A stretch of DNA of 59,534 nt, filler included, from Ionaspis alba (GCA_964255285.1; 9 parts of 9 records of this genome joined end to end with filler, not necessarily neighbours in it); one strand, 5' to 3'. Counted from the whole stretch's first letter, positions 35,605 through 47,091 are shown. Translations and numbers: made by a program. The notes: a model not told the origin generated them from the letters alone.

Positions 35605-38333
35605 TCGAATCGAGCATCTACGATATCCACGGAAAGCTTGCCGAGGATGAATACAGAAGTCGTGGAAGCCATGGCAATGCTGAGGAGTCGCGGTACTCTG
35701 CAGCAGGTCACGTTGTACTTTTTAGCGGTGTGTAAACCATCTGCAATAATGTAGCATCTGACTCCGACCATGAGCTTCACTCGTTCGAGTAACCTCCATG
35801 GCCACACTCCCGAAAGAGTCCGTCGTATTGTTATCACGAAGCCAATCGCCAAGGATCCGGTCTTTGCACTATTGACCCATGATCCCTGGACGGCAAGTCA
35901 GCCTTACGGGGATGGTTCTTACCAGTACCAGCTGTTGACCCTGCTGTTCCCGACGAGTCCCCTGACCAAGTCGCTGGCATGAGCATGATCTGGTCAGAAG
36001 CACAACAGTTCGAAGTTGACTTTCGAAATGTCTGATCGATATCGACTGTCAGATGCTTGATAACCCTGCCCCGAAGACTAGTGCTCCGGGTAAGCAGAAT
36101 ACGGTTGACCTGATCGGAAGATCCTTTAACGCCGACAGATCAGCGATCGCGGTCCAACTCTCCACTGACGGACGAAACCTTCTCCAAGCAAAATGTTTTG
36201 GTATCCACTTCAATAATGCCGCACAAATCAAACATGTACCTTTTGAAAAGCGATTTTCATTCTCCCAGGGCATGAGCACTGCGCAACAAATGCAATCGTT
36301 CCCGGCGACACCGGAAAGCCCGACAAAAGTAATCAACGAGAAAAACCGAATTGCTCTCAAACTCTATCACGAAGTCAATGTCCTCTGTGCATGTACCTCA
36401 GCTTACCGCATCCCAAATGTCTCCATCTCCCCACGTCTGCTACTCTATCCCTGGTCCCTGGTCCAGCATGTATACCCAGCAATCCATCATCATCATGTTA
36501 TGCTATGCTATGCGCGGTGCTGCATATTACATCATGGATCTCGCTGCAGCTACTGCGGCGCGAGTTAAATAGATTAAATCTGCAGCTTGCGTTTCATTGC
36601 CCCACAGCAAGGAACGATCCAGCACGACTCTCTACCGGCTGGGTTTTCTGATTCTGTACCGTTCCCACGTTGAATTGCACGTTCATGGTTCTTGCTGCAA
36701 TGAAGATCGAGAATCCGAATGAGAGAATGCTTGCTTGCTTGCCGTGCGAGCTGTAATTGAGGTGTATGGATTGTGCATGCAATGTGCTGAAACCACCACT
36801 GCAGAACTCTGTTGTTTGATTTTTTTTTTTTTGGAGTGGCTGGGGTAGCATGCTCCGCGGTCGGAGTCAGTGGATGGGCAAGTTTCGCCGATGATGTTGT
36901 ACAAGAGCGCCGGATACCCCCTTTCATACCCCTTTCCTTCCTTCTTTTTTCTCAGTCAAACCGACAGCGAATGCCTATTCACCGTAAGTCCCGCTTTTCT
37001 GCATCGACTTATGTGATGGCTATACATGATTTTCATTGATTCTGATGCTTCCTGTACGAAGGACGGAGCGAAGATATTTGATACGCTAGTATATCGTCAG
37101 CTTTCAAAGGCCAGAGAGCGGGGCATCATTTTACCATTTAGTCATTCTGTTACGTGCGTTGTCTGTGCAGTGTCTTGCCATCTCTAAAGCAGTTTTTGAT
37201 CACACGAAGGTGACACGACCCGAAAGATTGCCCTCAGGAGAGGCCGAGGCGGGGTTCAGTCCGGGCCGGTCGTGATTTTTGGGCGTTAGGGATTTGGTGG
37301 TCTTGGTAAGTTGTCAGCACGTATGTAACTGTGGTAGTAGACGGGAAAACTTACCTGATTTGAATTGAGAACCAGAGCTCGTGGCGCTCTTGACAGTTTT
37401 TTTTTTCTGCCGGCTTCTATTGTGGCCGCTTGTATCCTCCTGGTCGTTGCTGATTGGAAGTAAACGTAAATCAAACTCAATTCACTGCCTGGTTTGTAGT
37501 AAAGGAACAACTGAAGACATTCATAATTTGTGAGCTGCGATGTTATATCTTCAAATCTTAAGCGTATGAGATCATCAATCACTCATCGTGGGCCCATTCT
37601 CATGTGACGCAACAGCCATTAGGGCCACAGCACGTTGAATAGGCATCTTTGATAGATCGAGGCATAGCAGGAGAAGACGGCGAAAACAAGTGACGGGACT
37701 GGTTGTTCGTCTATAGATGCTGTCTTTGACTGACGACTGATTGTCAACGCACTGTCCTAGATCGCCTGTGGCCCTTTGAGCTAGAATGTCACACTACAGG
37801 AAGTTGCCCCGCTATCCTGTGGATTGAGTAACCTGCCAATAGAAAAGAGTACTTCGCACCTTAGGTACAATTGGTGATTCAATGGTCGTAAAGCTGTGCC
37901 TGGCTAGGCGTCGGGAAATACTACAACGCTAGTGATAGTAGTCCTTTTGGGCAGGAACAATCGAGATATTTGGACATGCAAGGAGCCTGGAGTTTATGGC
38001 ATCGGAAAGGTACTAAGACACCCGTGACACAAATACAGTCCCAACTCCTTATTTGTTCGGTCAGCCTTGACCTGGCCTGCAAAAGATAAGGGGCCATTGG
38101 CTACTTGAAGGCAGGCTTGATCACAAGGCTGTTGCGGACTTCACATAAGAAGGGAAGTAGGATGGCCTACCGACTATGTCGCACACTTAGGCTGTCTACA
38201 GTTGACCGCAGGTTTCTGATTTCACATCGAAGGCGATCCTCCCAAGATTTTCAGCACTACTGAATACTGTCGATTGTTTTTTAGCCGCTGTTGTTTCCTT
38301 GTAATTCTACTTACTCTATTCCTGTGGACTACG

Positions 38334-39552
38334 ATGGCGACTCCACCTGGCAAGAAGCATATTATCGCCGTCTGTGGAGGTATCAATTGGGATATGATCA
38401 CCGTGGCCCATCGATTACCCTCCAGCGGCGAAACTTTTAACGCGAAGAGCTTCTCAATGTGTCCAGGTGGCAAGGGAGCCAATTCAGCCATTGCTCTACA
38501 TCGTTTGAGCCATGTCAGACCAGCGGAAGCAGATAACAGGGTGACGCCGCGGAATATGTATGAGGAGTCTGGCCTCGATGAAATCGAAGTACGCATGGTC
38601 GGCTCCGTCGGCTCGGACAGGTTTGGCAAAGACATGAAGGAGTCACTGTCGCAGCACTTTGTCAACGTCGATGGTGTTCGCATTCAGGATGGCAAGACCA
38701 GTGGTGTTGCTGTCACTATTGTTGAGTCAGAGTTTGGTGAGAATCGAATTCTGGTTTACCCTGGCGCAAACCACATCTTGAAACCAGAAGAATTCTTGAC
38801 TCCGGAGAGCTTTGGGACTGAGCGTCCCGACCTGGTGGTATCGCAGCTAGAGTTGAATCGAGAGACTGTGGAGCAACTGATTACGACAGCCAAAGAGGCC
38901 GGGATTGATGTTCTATTGAATCCCTCCCCGGCACACTATCTAGACGATCATGTTTATAAAGGACTTACCCACTTGATTGTCAACGAATCCGAGGCAGCAA
39001 TATTGACAGGGCGGGAGATCGAAGAGTTGGAGTCCGGCTTCCATAATTGGAACACTATCACAGACGAGTTTCTTGATCTCGGCGTCCAATATGTCGTGGT
39101 CACGTTGGGTGGCAATGGAGCATTCTTCTCCAAGCAGAAAGGCAAGGGCGAGTTGGTAGCAGCGGAGAAGGTCGATAAGGACAAGATACTAGATACCAGT
39201 GGTGCCGGGTACGTGTCCGTGGAGTAATTCCTTCTCGGCATTCTGCATCTACTTTTACAGACATTCTAGTCCTTCCATTTTTTCGCACGACTGCTTTTGC
39301 AGCGCTTCCGAGATGCATTATGTGGCTGACGGTGTTTTCAGGGACACCTTCGTGGGTGCCTATGCCGTTCAATGGGTAAAGGAAAAGCATGGAGGCAACT
39401 GGGATCTCAGATCGACTGTCCAATATGCGTGCCAAGCTTCCGCGCACATAATTCAGCATGTAGGCTGTCAAGAGCCGATTCCTTGGGCGAGTGATCTCAT
39501 TCCAACAATGTCTGCAAGCGACACAGTTACACCTCAGCATAATGTTCTGTGA
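38334..39552 (+). CDS. Ribokinase / PfkB-family sugar kinase (exons 38334-39208, 39342-39552)
   Basis: PGGKGANSA, VGSVGSDRFG, GENRILV, LIVNESE, VVVTLGGNG. The anion-hole motif DTSGAG|DTFVGAY is rebuilt across a GTACGT..GCTGAC..CAG intron. Confidence 0.9.
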
Positions 39553-39813
39553 CAGAGGTTCGTCAGCATTGAGGAGATATGGAGTTCGTGTCAAGCATCT
39601 TGTGAAAAATGGTGGTCTTACTGCTATCCGGGCTGAAGTCCAGTTGCCTAGCTTTGTGTATGAGATTATAGATTCATACCACTTTTCTTCTTTAGCGTGG
39701 GCAGCTTACGCAGCGAAGACCATCGTCGGTAAACTTTTCTGAAATCCGTCGCGCCGATGGTCGATCATTCGCATCCTCTGCAAGCATATCTTGCGTCTGC
39801 CCCAGAACACGAT

Positions 39814-39913
39814 NNNNNNNNNNNNNNNNNNNNNNNNNNNNNNNNNNNNNNNNNNNNTTAATTAATTAANNNNNNNNNNNNNNNNNNNNNNNNNNNNNNN
39901 NNNNNNNNNNNNN
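39814..39913. other. Artificial contig linker
   Basis: N44-TTAATTAATTAA-N44. Confidence 0.97.
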
Positions 39914-40313
39914 GGCTAATGAGGATGCGGAGGGGGGAAAGGAGGGAGAGAGCGAAGTTAAAGGGGATGCTGGGAAGCCTGGGATGGAAAGGAAGAAGAG
40001 CACGAAGAATAGGATTCTTTCGCCTAATCGATTGGCTATTTTGCAGGCTGGACGGGATGGCGGGGGTTCGAGGTCGGGTGATGCGAGCGTGAATGGATCG
40101 TCTGATGAAGATATGGAGCGGGACACGAAACCGAAGGCGAAGCCGCCACGTTCCTTGGCTTTAGCTTTGAGTGGTGCGTTGGAGGATGAGCAGGGTTTGA
40201 GGAGTGGCAGGAGGGCGGATGCCCTAGGGGATCAGAGTGACCTAGAAGATGAGCTGGACAAGCTCGAGGAGTTGGAGATGGAGGATAAGAGCTTCGCGGG
40301 TAGCGTTCACTAG
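39914..40313 (+). CDS. 3' fragment of a gene, possibly a phosphoglycerate-mutase-family (Det1-like) phosphatase tail
   Basis: Open frame from the linker to TAG at 40311-40313. Acidic tail with GRDGGGSRSG, ADALGD and terminal EDKSFAGSVH, recalled as similar to fungal Det1-like C-termini (unverified). Confidence 0.45.
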
Positions 40314-40500
40314 AGCTGATGGTCTGGACGAGCGATGGTGTTTGAGAGCACGGAATATATGAAGCAGTGTGGCTATGATCTGATGCCATATGGATACCAC
40401 GACGCATTCTATGGCGTTGATGATACACATTCTATTCGTTTCGCTCCCACATGGCGCTTTTGGTATCATAAATGAGAGTCATGCTCGAACATCGCTCAAT

Positions 40501-42350
40501 CTAGTCGTCGCCGCCGCCTCCGCCTCCGACATTTCCACCAGCTTGCTTGGCAGATTTGGCACTGCAGATGTCGTCAACTCTCAAGAGGAGACATGCCGAC
40601 TAGTTCGTCAAACATTAGCAAAATCCCACTTCTCGTGACTAGAGGGATACATACCTCAACAGCAGTCTTGATACTTTGCAACTTCACAGCCTCCGGCTCC
40701 CACACCCCATACTTCCGCATATCCACCACCTTTCCCGTATCGCCATCAATTCCCCAAGTATGATTGCCATCTGCATGCTTAGCACCTAATTCCGACAACG
40801 CCGGCAAAATCCGACTGCTCCCCGAATTCTGTACCAGCGTCCTTGGAATGATCGCCATAGCCTCTCCCACCGCCCTATATGGCCACTGCTGCACACCCTC
40901 CACAGCCTTGGACATCTGTGCGAGCCGCACCGACACTGCCATCTCCGTTGCGCCGCCTCCAGGTGATAGTCGTGGGTGGAACATGACGTTCCTGGCCACG
41001 GCCATCGCGTCTTGTAGGTTCCGCTCGATCTCATTCAGGATGTCCTTTGATGGTCCACGGAGGAGGATTGTGCACGCCTTAGGGATTTTGCACTTTCGAA
41101 TAAAGGTGAAGTACTCGTCGCCGATCTTCTCGATCTCAAACAGTCCGCAATGGGTCCCCACATCCGATTCCTGTAAGTCGTCGACCCGGTTTACTATCGT
41201 CGCGCCGGTGGCTCGAGCAATGCGGTTGTTGTCCGTTTTGCGAACACGCCTTAGGGCGGTGACGTTGTTCTTGACGAGGAAGTGCTGGGCGAGATCCGAG
41301 ACACCCTTTTCGGTAATGACAAGGTCGGGTTTGAGGGCGAGGATGGCGTCGCACATATGCTTGACTTGTTCCTCTTCGATCTGTAGAATGCGATTCCAGT
41401 CTTCTTCTTTGCTGATTTCGATGTTGGTTTGTGATTCGCCTTTCTTGTATTCGAGGGGACAGTCGAGGAGGATGATGCGCGGGTTCTCGATTCGCCGTCG
41501 CATCTTCGGGTGCGTGATGTCTTTGTTCAGCATGACACCGTCGAGGACCTTGCTGTCTTCGATTTCTCCGCCAGGGATCTTCTCGACTCGTGCGTAGCGT
41601 TTTATGTCCACCTCTTTCTTTCCTCCGCCGATGTCGTGAGAGACAGTCCGTACTGCTTGAAGGGCGAGGTTACACATCAAGGTTGACCATCTTGAAACGA
41701 ATTTCGTGCCGATAGAGGAAGCGATAAGGTCGTACATGGCAGAATCGTTGTTGATATCCACGGGTAATGAGATTTCTTCTATGATGTTGAGTGCATCCGC
41801 TAGAGCACGTTTGAAGGCGGAGATGATGACGACAGGATGTATATTTCTTTCGAGTTGAGGGACGGCTTGCGCTAGGATCTCACCGGCTATAGAGAGATCT
41901 TAGCACAGCATTCAAAGGTTGCTGAAGCCTGAATTGTACCTAGGATAATGACAGTTGTAGTTCCATCGCCCACCTCTTCGTCCTGCGTCCGACTGAGCTC
42001 TATCATACTTTTGGCTGCTGGATGTGAGACTTCGATTTCTCGTAATATGGCGTGGCCGTCGTTTGTGAGCACTATACCGCCCATAGGATCCAGTAGCATC
42101 TTCAGCATGGCTTTTGGGCCAAGACATGACCGTATAATATCTGCCACTCTTGAAGCGTTCAGTCAGCATTGGAAGTATCCAAGGCCACGGGAAGTTGTGA
42201 CAGACGTTTTTGCAGCAGTTATGTTGGATAGTTGAGCTTTGCGGCCCACCTGCCTGTCCCCAGACTGGGTGTCTATGAATCATTAGTGTGTGTGGTTTGT
42301 GACAGCTGATCTTTGATGAATTTACTCATCACCACTACTGGCGCCTGCAT
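40501..42350 (-). CDS. CCT3: Chaperonin CCT/TRiC gamma subunit (exons 42350-42326, 42272-42206, 42148-41940, 41886-40655, 40599-40501)
   Basis: MQAPVVVMNTQSGDRQVGRKAQLSNI, SCLGPKAMLKMLLDPMGGIVLTNDG, EVGDGTTT, CPLEYKKGESQTN, KTAVESACLLLRVDDI. Confidence 0.97.
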
Positions 42351-42859
42351 CTTGAAGAGTTCCCGCTGTGGGTGAGAGAGGTTGGTATGAAGTAGTGTAG
42401 CTCACGGTCAATATAAATTTCACGATGTGACGCGCCTGCGCCTACAGAAATCTGAAGCTCGCGACCAGATGCTAGCTACATTTGTGCTAGAGCTAGATTG
42501 CTAGCGTCTTCTTTAGCATCAGGATGTGCCAAGCAGCGACGAGGAATTGAGCATATACTTTTAGATTGGCTACAAGCCTGTTTGTCTCTATACGATCTCA
42601 AAAATGATTGATGCTACCTGTTCGGGTCTTGAAGCACGCTTTGGATTTGAATATCTGTTACACCTCTCCGATCAAAGCGGGGACCAGGTTCACCTACTTC
42701 GTTTAGACAACCCTTTCGATTGTTGACCTACTGTCACAATGACAGGTGCCCCGAAGTGTGTATGGTTAATTTTGCTATCAGTCTAATAGCACATGGCCAT
42801 CCATTTCTCTGGCGCAATCTGTCATCCGGCATACGCCAAGGATACGCCATGTCAAACTG

Positions 42860-44650
42860 TCAGCCCTTTGTAGCTTGCTCCTGAGTAGCCTTGCCACCAT
42901 CATCAGCAGGAGCCAGATTTCCCTTCGCAGGCCCAATAATGCAAACCCCATCCTTACTGAACCGACTCCCATGAATAGGACAATCCCAACTTTTCTCTGT
43001 CTTGTTCCAACACACGACTCCCTGCAAATGCGGACAAATTGCCGAAAATTGATGCACTCCACCCTCATCGTCCTTATAGACAGCGAGCGGCTTGCTTGTC
43101 TTTGGGTTCAGGATGCCTCCTGAGCCGACTGCCAGACTCTCGATGTCAGGGATGTCACTCTGCAGGAAGCGTTTGTACTGGCTGTTGATCTGGAGGTCGT
43201 GAGCGATCATGCTCGGGATACTGGAGAGCGCAGGGATCCGTTTCGGGTTGTAGAGCTTGGCCCATGGGTTGTCGACACCTTGGATCTCGTCCGCAATGAG
43301 CTTGCCTGCTAGCACACCGTGTGTGAGACCATGGCCGCAATCGCCCGTGACGACGTAGACATGGCTTTGTCCCTGGTTGAGCCCAATAAAGGCTACGAGA
43401 TCAACCGAGTCGAAGATTTGGCCAGACCATTTGTAGTCGACGGACCCTGCCTTGGTGAACCTGTCCCGGACCCATTTCTCAAGACTGGCGAATCTCCCAT
43501 CCTCCTGTTCTTGGCCAACCTTGTGATCACCTCCGCCAATGATGAGGTAATCATCTTTCTCATCGCACGCGGTGAAACGAATGTAGTGATATGGATCTGC
43601 TTGGTCGTTGATGAGACAGTCCTCAATGCTGCCTTTGGGCACGCGAATAGCAATGCAGTATGTCCGATGGAACTCCATCTCCGCAACGACACTCAACTTC
43701 TGGAGAGGTACGCAGGTAGCCTCAAGTGCGTTCTTGCAAGTAATGGTATTGCCATCCTCCGTGCTGATGTGCACTTCCTTGTTTAGGAGGCCTTTCTCCG
43801 CAATAGACATCATCCTAGTACGAGTATAGCATTCGAAGTTAGGCTGTTTGGCGAGCCACTTGAGGACTCCGACCAGGTATTGAGTGGGGTGGAAAGTCGC
43901 TTGCTGTTCAAAAACCCCTGCGTCTCGCTGATCAACTCCGCCATCCCATCCCTTGATGGCGTAGCCCTCTTTGAACGAGGCGGGTATTCCAAGTTTCACA
44001 GCCATATCCACATCCGCCTTCATCTCATCTACTTCATCACGGTGTCCAGCTTTTCCCTTCTCATACTGAGAGATCTCGTAGTCGGGCAGTATTCGATACT
44101 CGCACTCGATGCCGAGCTTCTTCGAAACCTCGCCGACGTTCTTCAATGCCCAGGTATGACTCTCTGCCGCCAATTTAGCTTTTTCCATCCCATGTTTCTT
44201 CACAATGTCAGGCCACCCAGCATCGAGGGAATTGGAAAGATGTCCAGTCGTTCTTCCAGATTCTCCCGAAAGGACCTCCCGAGCTTCAATCATGGTGACT
44301 TTGACACCGCGAGTCACGAGCTCATAGGCTGTTGAAATTCCTGCAATTCCTGCTCCAATGATACATACCTCTGTTTCGAGGTCTTTCGTGAGCTTGGGGA
44401 ATTGAGGACGCTTCGAGTAGGGCTCTTGATGGATCCAGACGGCATCAGTCTCTCCGGACGTGTCCATGGAGTGCTGTGGCGGAGCCATAGTGACTGAAGC
44501 AAAGGTTCGCGCACGTGTGATGCTATGAGATGCTTGTGAATGGGGAAACTTGAGCTGAGAGCTTAAGATTTTTGGGATGTGGACAGAGGAGAGTCTACTA
44601 GATTTGATAGTAGTAGAGTATGTGAGAGTTCTTAGCAAAAGAAATCCCAT
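42860..44650 (-). CDS. FAD-dependent oxidoreductase (DAO family) fused to a Rieske [2Fe-2S] domain, YhfW-like. Second in-frame ATG at 44488
   Basis: VCIIGAGIAG FAD motif, GESGRTTGHL, TGDCGHGLTHG. Rieske boxes CPHLQG and WDCPIHGSRF. Intronless. Confidence 0.9.
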   Translation of the reverse strand: MGFLLLRTLTYSTTIKSSRLSSVHIPKILSSQLKFPHSQASHSITRARTFASVTMAPPQHSMDTSGETDAVWIHQEPYSKRPQFPKLTKDLETEVCIIGAGIAGISTAYELVTRGVKVTMIEAREVLSGESGRTTGHLSNSLDAGWPDIVKKHGMEKAKLAAESHTWALKNVGEVSKKLGIECEYRILPDYEISQYEKGKAGHRDEVDEMKADVDMAVKLGIPASFKEGYAIKGWDGGVDQRDAGVFEQQATFHPTQYLVGVLKWLAKQPNFECYTRTRMMSIAEKGLLNKEVHISTEDGNTITCKNALEATCVPLQKLSVVAEMEFHRTYCIAIRVPKGSIEDCLINDQADPYHYIRFTACDEKDDYLIIGGGDHKVGQEQEDGRFASLEKWVRDRFTKAGSVDYKWSGQIFDSVDLVAFIGLNQGQSHVYVVTGDCGHGLTHGVLAGKLIADEIQGVDNPWAKLYNPKRIPALSSIPSMIAHDLQINSQYKRFLQSDIPDIESLAVGSGGILNPKTSKPLAVYKDDEGGVHQFSAICPHLQGVVCWNKTEKSWDCPIHGSRFSKDGVCIIGPAKGNLAPADDGGKATQEQATKG

Positions 44651-44729
44651 CACTTCCTTCTTAATTGTGAATGAAGACAGCAAGAAAGTAACCTTTGGGC
44701 TGGAGTTGCTTCACATCTCCTTGTTCCGT

Positions 44730-44766
44730 CATTACATCGTGATTGATGCCATTACATCATGACGTC
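44730..44766. promoter_or_regulatory. Tandem CRE/ATF-like motifs upstream of the FAD-Rieske gene
   Basis: Direct repeat CATTACATC(G/A)TGA at 44730 and 44750, overlapping TGACGTC at 44760-44766. Function is inferred only. Confidence 0.35.
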
Positions 44767-45359
44767 GAGCAGGGTCCAGTTCATCAAATGTTCACGCGAC
44801 ACAATACCGGGAGTGGTATCCGTCCATTTGAAGATATAATAGTCCTCAAGCAAGCAGAGCTAGAATCGACGATCAATCTTGAGCTTCGACAGCTCATAGG
44901 CATTCTGTCACGTGGTGACTAATGCCGGAAACAGGATCAACGTCGGGCTTACAATGTTGTCCGTAGTTGCCTGGCAGACTCGAAAAGTGGCATCTATTTC
45001 AGTATTGTGTTAACATGCTCGAGGAATATGGTATACTGATATGTCCATATAGATAGTGGATGCCTCGAGCATCGCGCACTAGCATCGGTATAGCTTCGAC
45101 CTTTGAAACCGAGGCTCAAGGTAGATCCGCTAGTGTCCGGGTCCCCACAATCTTCTCGCGCTAGAGATCTCTTATCCGGCTAGGCGCTCGGGCTGGTCCG
45201 CTTATCCGTGTGCCTGGCCAAGCCGCCCGGTCGATGGCGTAGTTGTTCCTCGGTACTTTGAGCACGAGATTCTTGTGCAACTTCTGATCGTTTATCTCTT
45301 ATGGGTAGCCAATGCCTGCATGTTCGACGGGTATGCGCATGGCGTTTGATCTATGAAAA

Positions 45360-46390
45360 ATGCCCATGATGGAAGCACGGGGCATGAACTACAATTCTTG
45401 CAGGGACGATTCGAAGGACTCCCAACCGTCGACGGAGAGGGTGCCTTGCTGCGATGGTACACTTGTCACGTATCGCTCTGACCCATGGCTCAAGCTGAAC
45501 TCTGTTACTAGACTATTGTCTGGAGAGTGTAGCGCAAAAGGAGTGTGAGGCGGAATGCGGCGTGTCTAGAAGGGCGGCAACTTGGCAAGGAGGTGAGTGG
45601 GACCTCTGATAGACCCGAAATCACCGACGTACAAGCTGAGATCTTAAGAAGAAGATAAAATTACACCCGTACCTGGCACCACCACGGCTATAGGACTTTC
45701 CCAGTATGATACAACCGTTTGTGATGCTCATCTACAAACTGTTCGCCGTCGCTACAACTCTACATTGGAGCGCCTAGGCTGCATATGCCGGATTGTCTCA
45801 TCACGACATTTCGAGAGTTGCTGTACTCTTAGACGGCGAAGAATCAACAAAGGGAAGGCGAAGGGCGAATTGGAACCCGCGAAGATGTGTTCGAAATCGA
45901 AGAGCCCTTGCCAGAAGAAGCAGAACAACCCTGCCGGACAAAAGATCTCCGGCACTCGAATCAACCACTGCTCATCCGCCAGCCAGTCGTCATCAACATG
46001 TTGTGGCTCGTCGAAGAATAGTTGCGATGATACGGAGAAGAAGAGTACATGTACAATCGAAGCGGGCATGGAAAGCTGTGGAAGTCCGGTGCAGAGCTGC
46101 TGTTCTGGAAGTAAATCAGATAGGATCGTCCGCAATTCCTCTAAAGTCTACGACGTCGAAAAGGGATTTACGCACCTGGAACATGTCGTCCTCAACGTTC
46201 AAGGACTCACTTGCGTGGGTTGTGAGAACAAGTTATCTCGTTCTCTGGAAATGATGCCTTCGGTACACAACCTCAAAACCAGTCTTGTTATGTCACAGGC
46301 AGAATTCGACCTGGATTTAAGCAGCGATTCGACCAGCGATATCATACGCAACATCAAGCGCACAACTGGATTTGCATGTGAAAGAGTTGT
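45360..46390 (+). CDS. P1B-type heavy-metal ATPase (Pca1-like), N-terminal part truncated at contig end (exons 45360-45456, 45512-45592, 45649-46390+)
   Basis: Spliced Cys-rich N-terminus PCCDDYCLESVAQKECE...CDAH...YNSTLERLGCICR..ESCC, then an HMA domain VVLNVQGLTCVGCENKL...KTSLVMSQAEFDLD. The ATPase core is not in the window. Confidence 0.8.
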
Positions 46391-46490
46391 NNNNNNNNNN
46401 NNNNNNNNNNNNNNNNNNNNNNNNNNNNNNNNNNTTAATTAATTAANNNNNNNNNNNNNNNNNNNNNNNNNNNNNNNNNNNNNNNNNNNN
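46391..46490. other. Artificial contig linker
   Basis: N44-TTAATTAATTAA-N44. Confidence 0.97.
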
Positions 46491-47091
46491 ACTAACAACA
46501 TAGCAGAGAGTACCTCGCGCATGACAAATTACAAAGCAACGAAATTGACACCTACATTTCCAACCATGCGAGATAAGAAACCTCCCATATCCCTTCAACC
46601 CATACTTATATATCGTATAACTCGTGAATATCAGATTCAACAACACATAATTAATCCACGTCTGAAACGCCGGAATCGACGTCCCCTCCGCAGCCAAGAG
46701 TCCCGAGAAAGTATTCGTCGCCGTGAGACAGAGCGCCAGGACCTGTCTACTCACCCCATCAGCCCAAGATTCCCCCACTCATCTCCTGTCTCCCTCCTCC
46801 TCCTCCTTCCACCTCCCCCAAACAAAAGGACTTCCAATGCGGCAAGACTTACCCCAGAACCAATACGATGTAAAACTGCTTAGTCTTGAAATATGCAAAC
46901 CACCCTCCCTTCTCCCGCTCGATCTCGTCAACCACATGCGCACCACTCATTCCCCGCGCCGGCGCACCCTCCGTCGCTATAATCTCTGGAGCGCCATGGC
47001 CATGCTCGGTCTCGGTTCCGTAGATCCCTCTAGGACTCTCTAAGCCATGGGCGTTCGTTTCGAACTCGTCTTTGCCTGAGAGGTGGTTCAT
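46491..47091 (-). CDS. SLC35F/DUF914 solute carrier, 5' part truncated (exons 47091-46853, 46746-46556, ...)
   Basis: WFAYFKTKQFYIVLVLGQVLALCLTATNTFSGLL..GTSIPAFQTWINYVLLNLIFTSYTIYKYG..HGWK is the characteristic DUF914 N-terminus. GT-AG splice signals present. Confidence 0.85.

Noticed and set aside
36053..36568. 171-aa plus-strand ORF
   Set aside because: No family motif, an implausible Cys/His/Tyr-rich tail, and splice signals that favour the opposite strand.
40764..41597. Long antisense ORFs (e.g. 40764-41597, 4518-5312, 21580-22032, 608-1102)
   Set aside because: They are shadows of well-supported genes on the opposite strand, caused by codon bias.
42466..42520. Cluster of GCTAG/CTAG motifs and a short inverted repeat upstream of CCT3
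   Set aside because: Too short, with no match to heat-shock elements or any site I can name.
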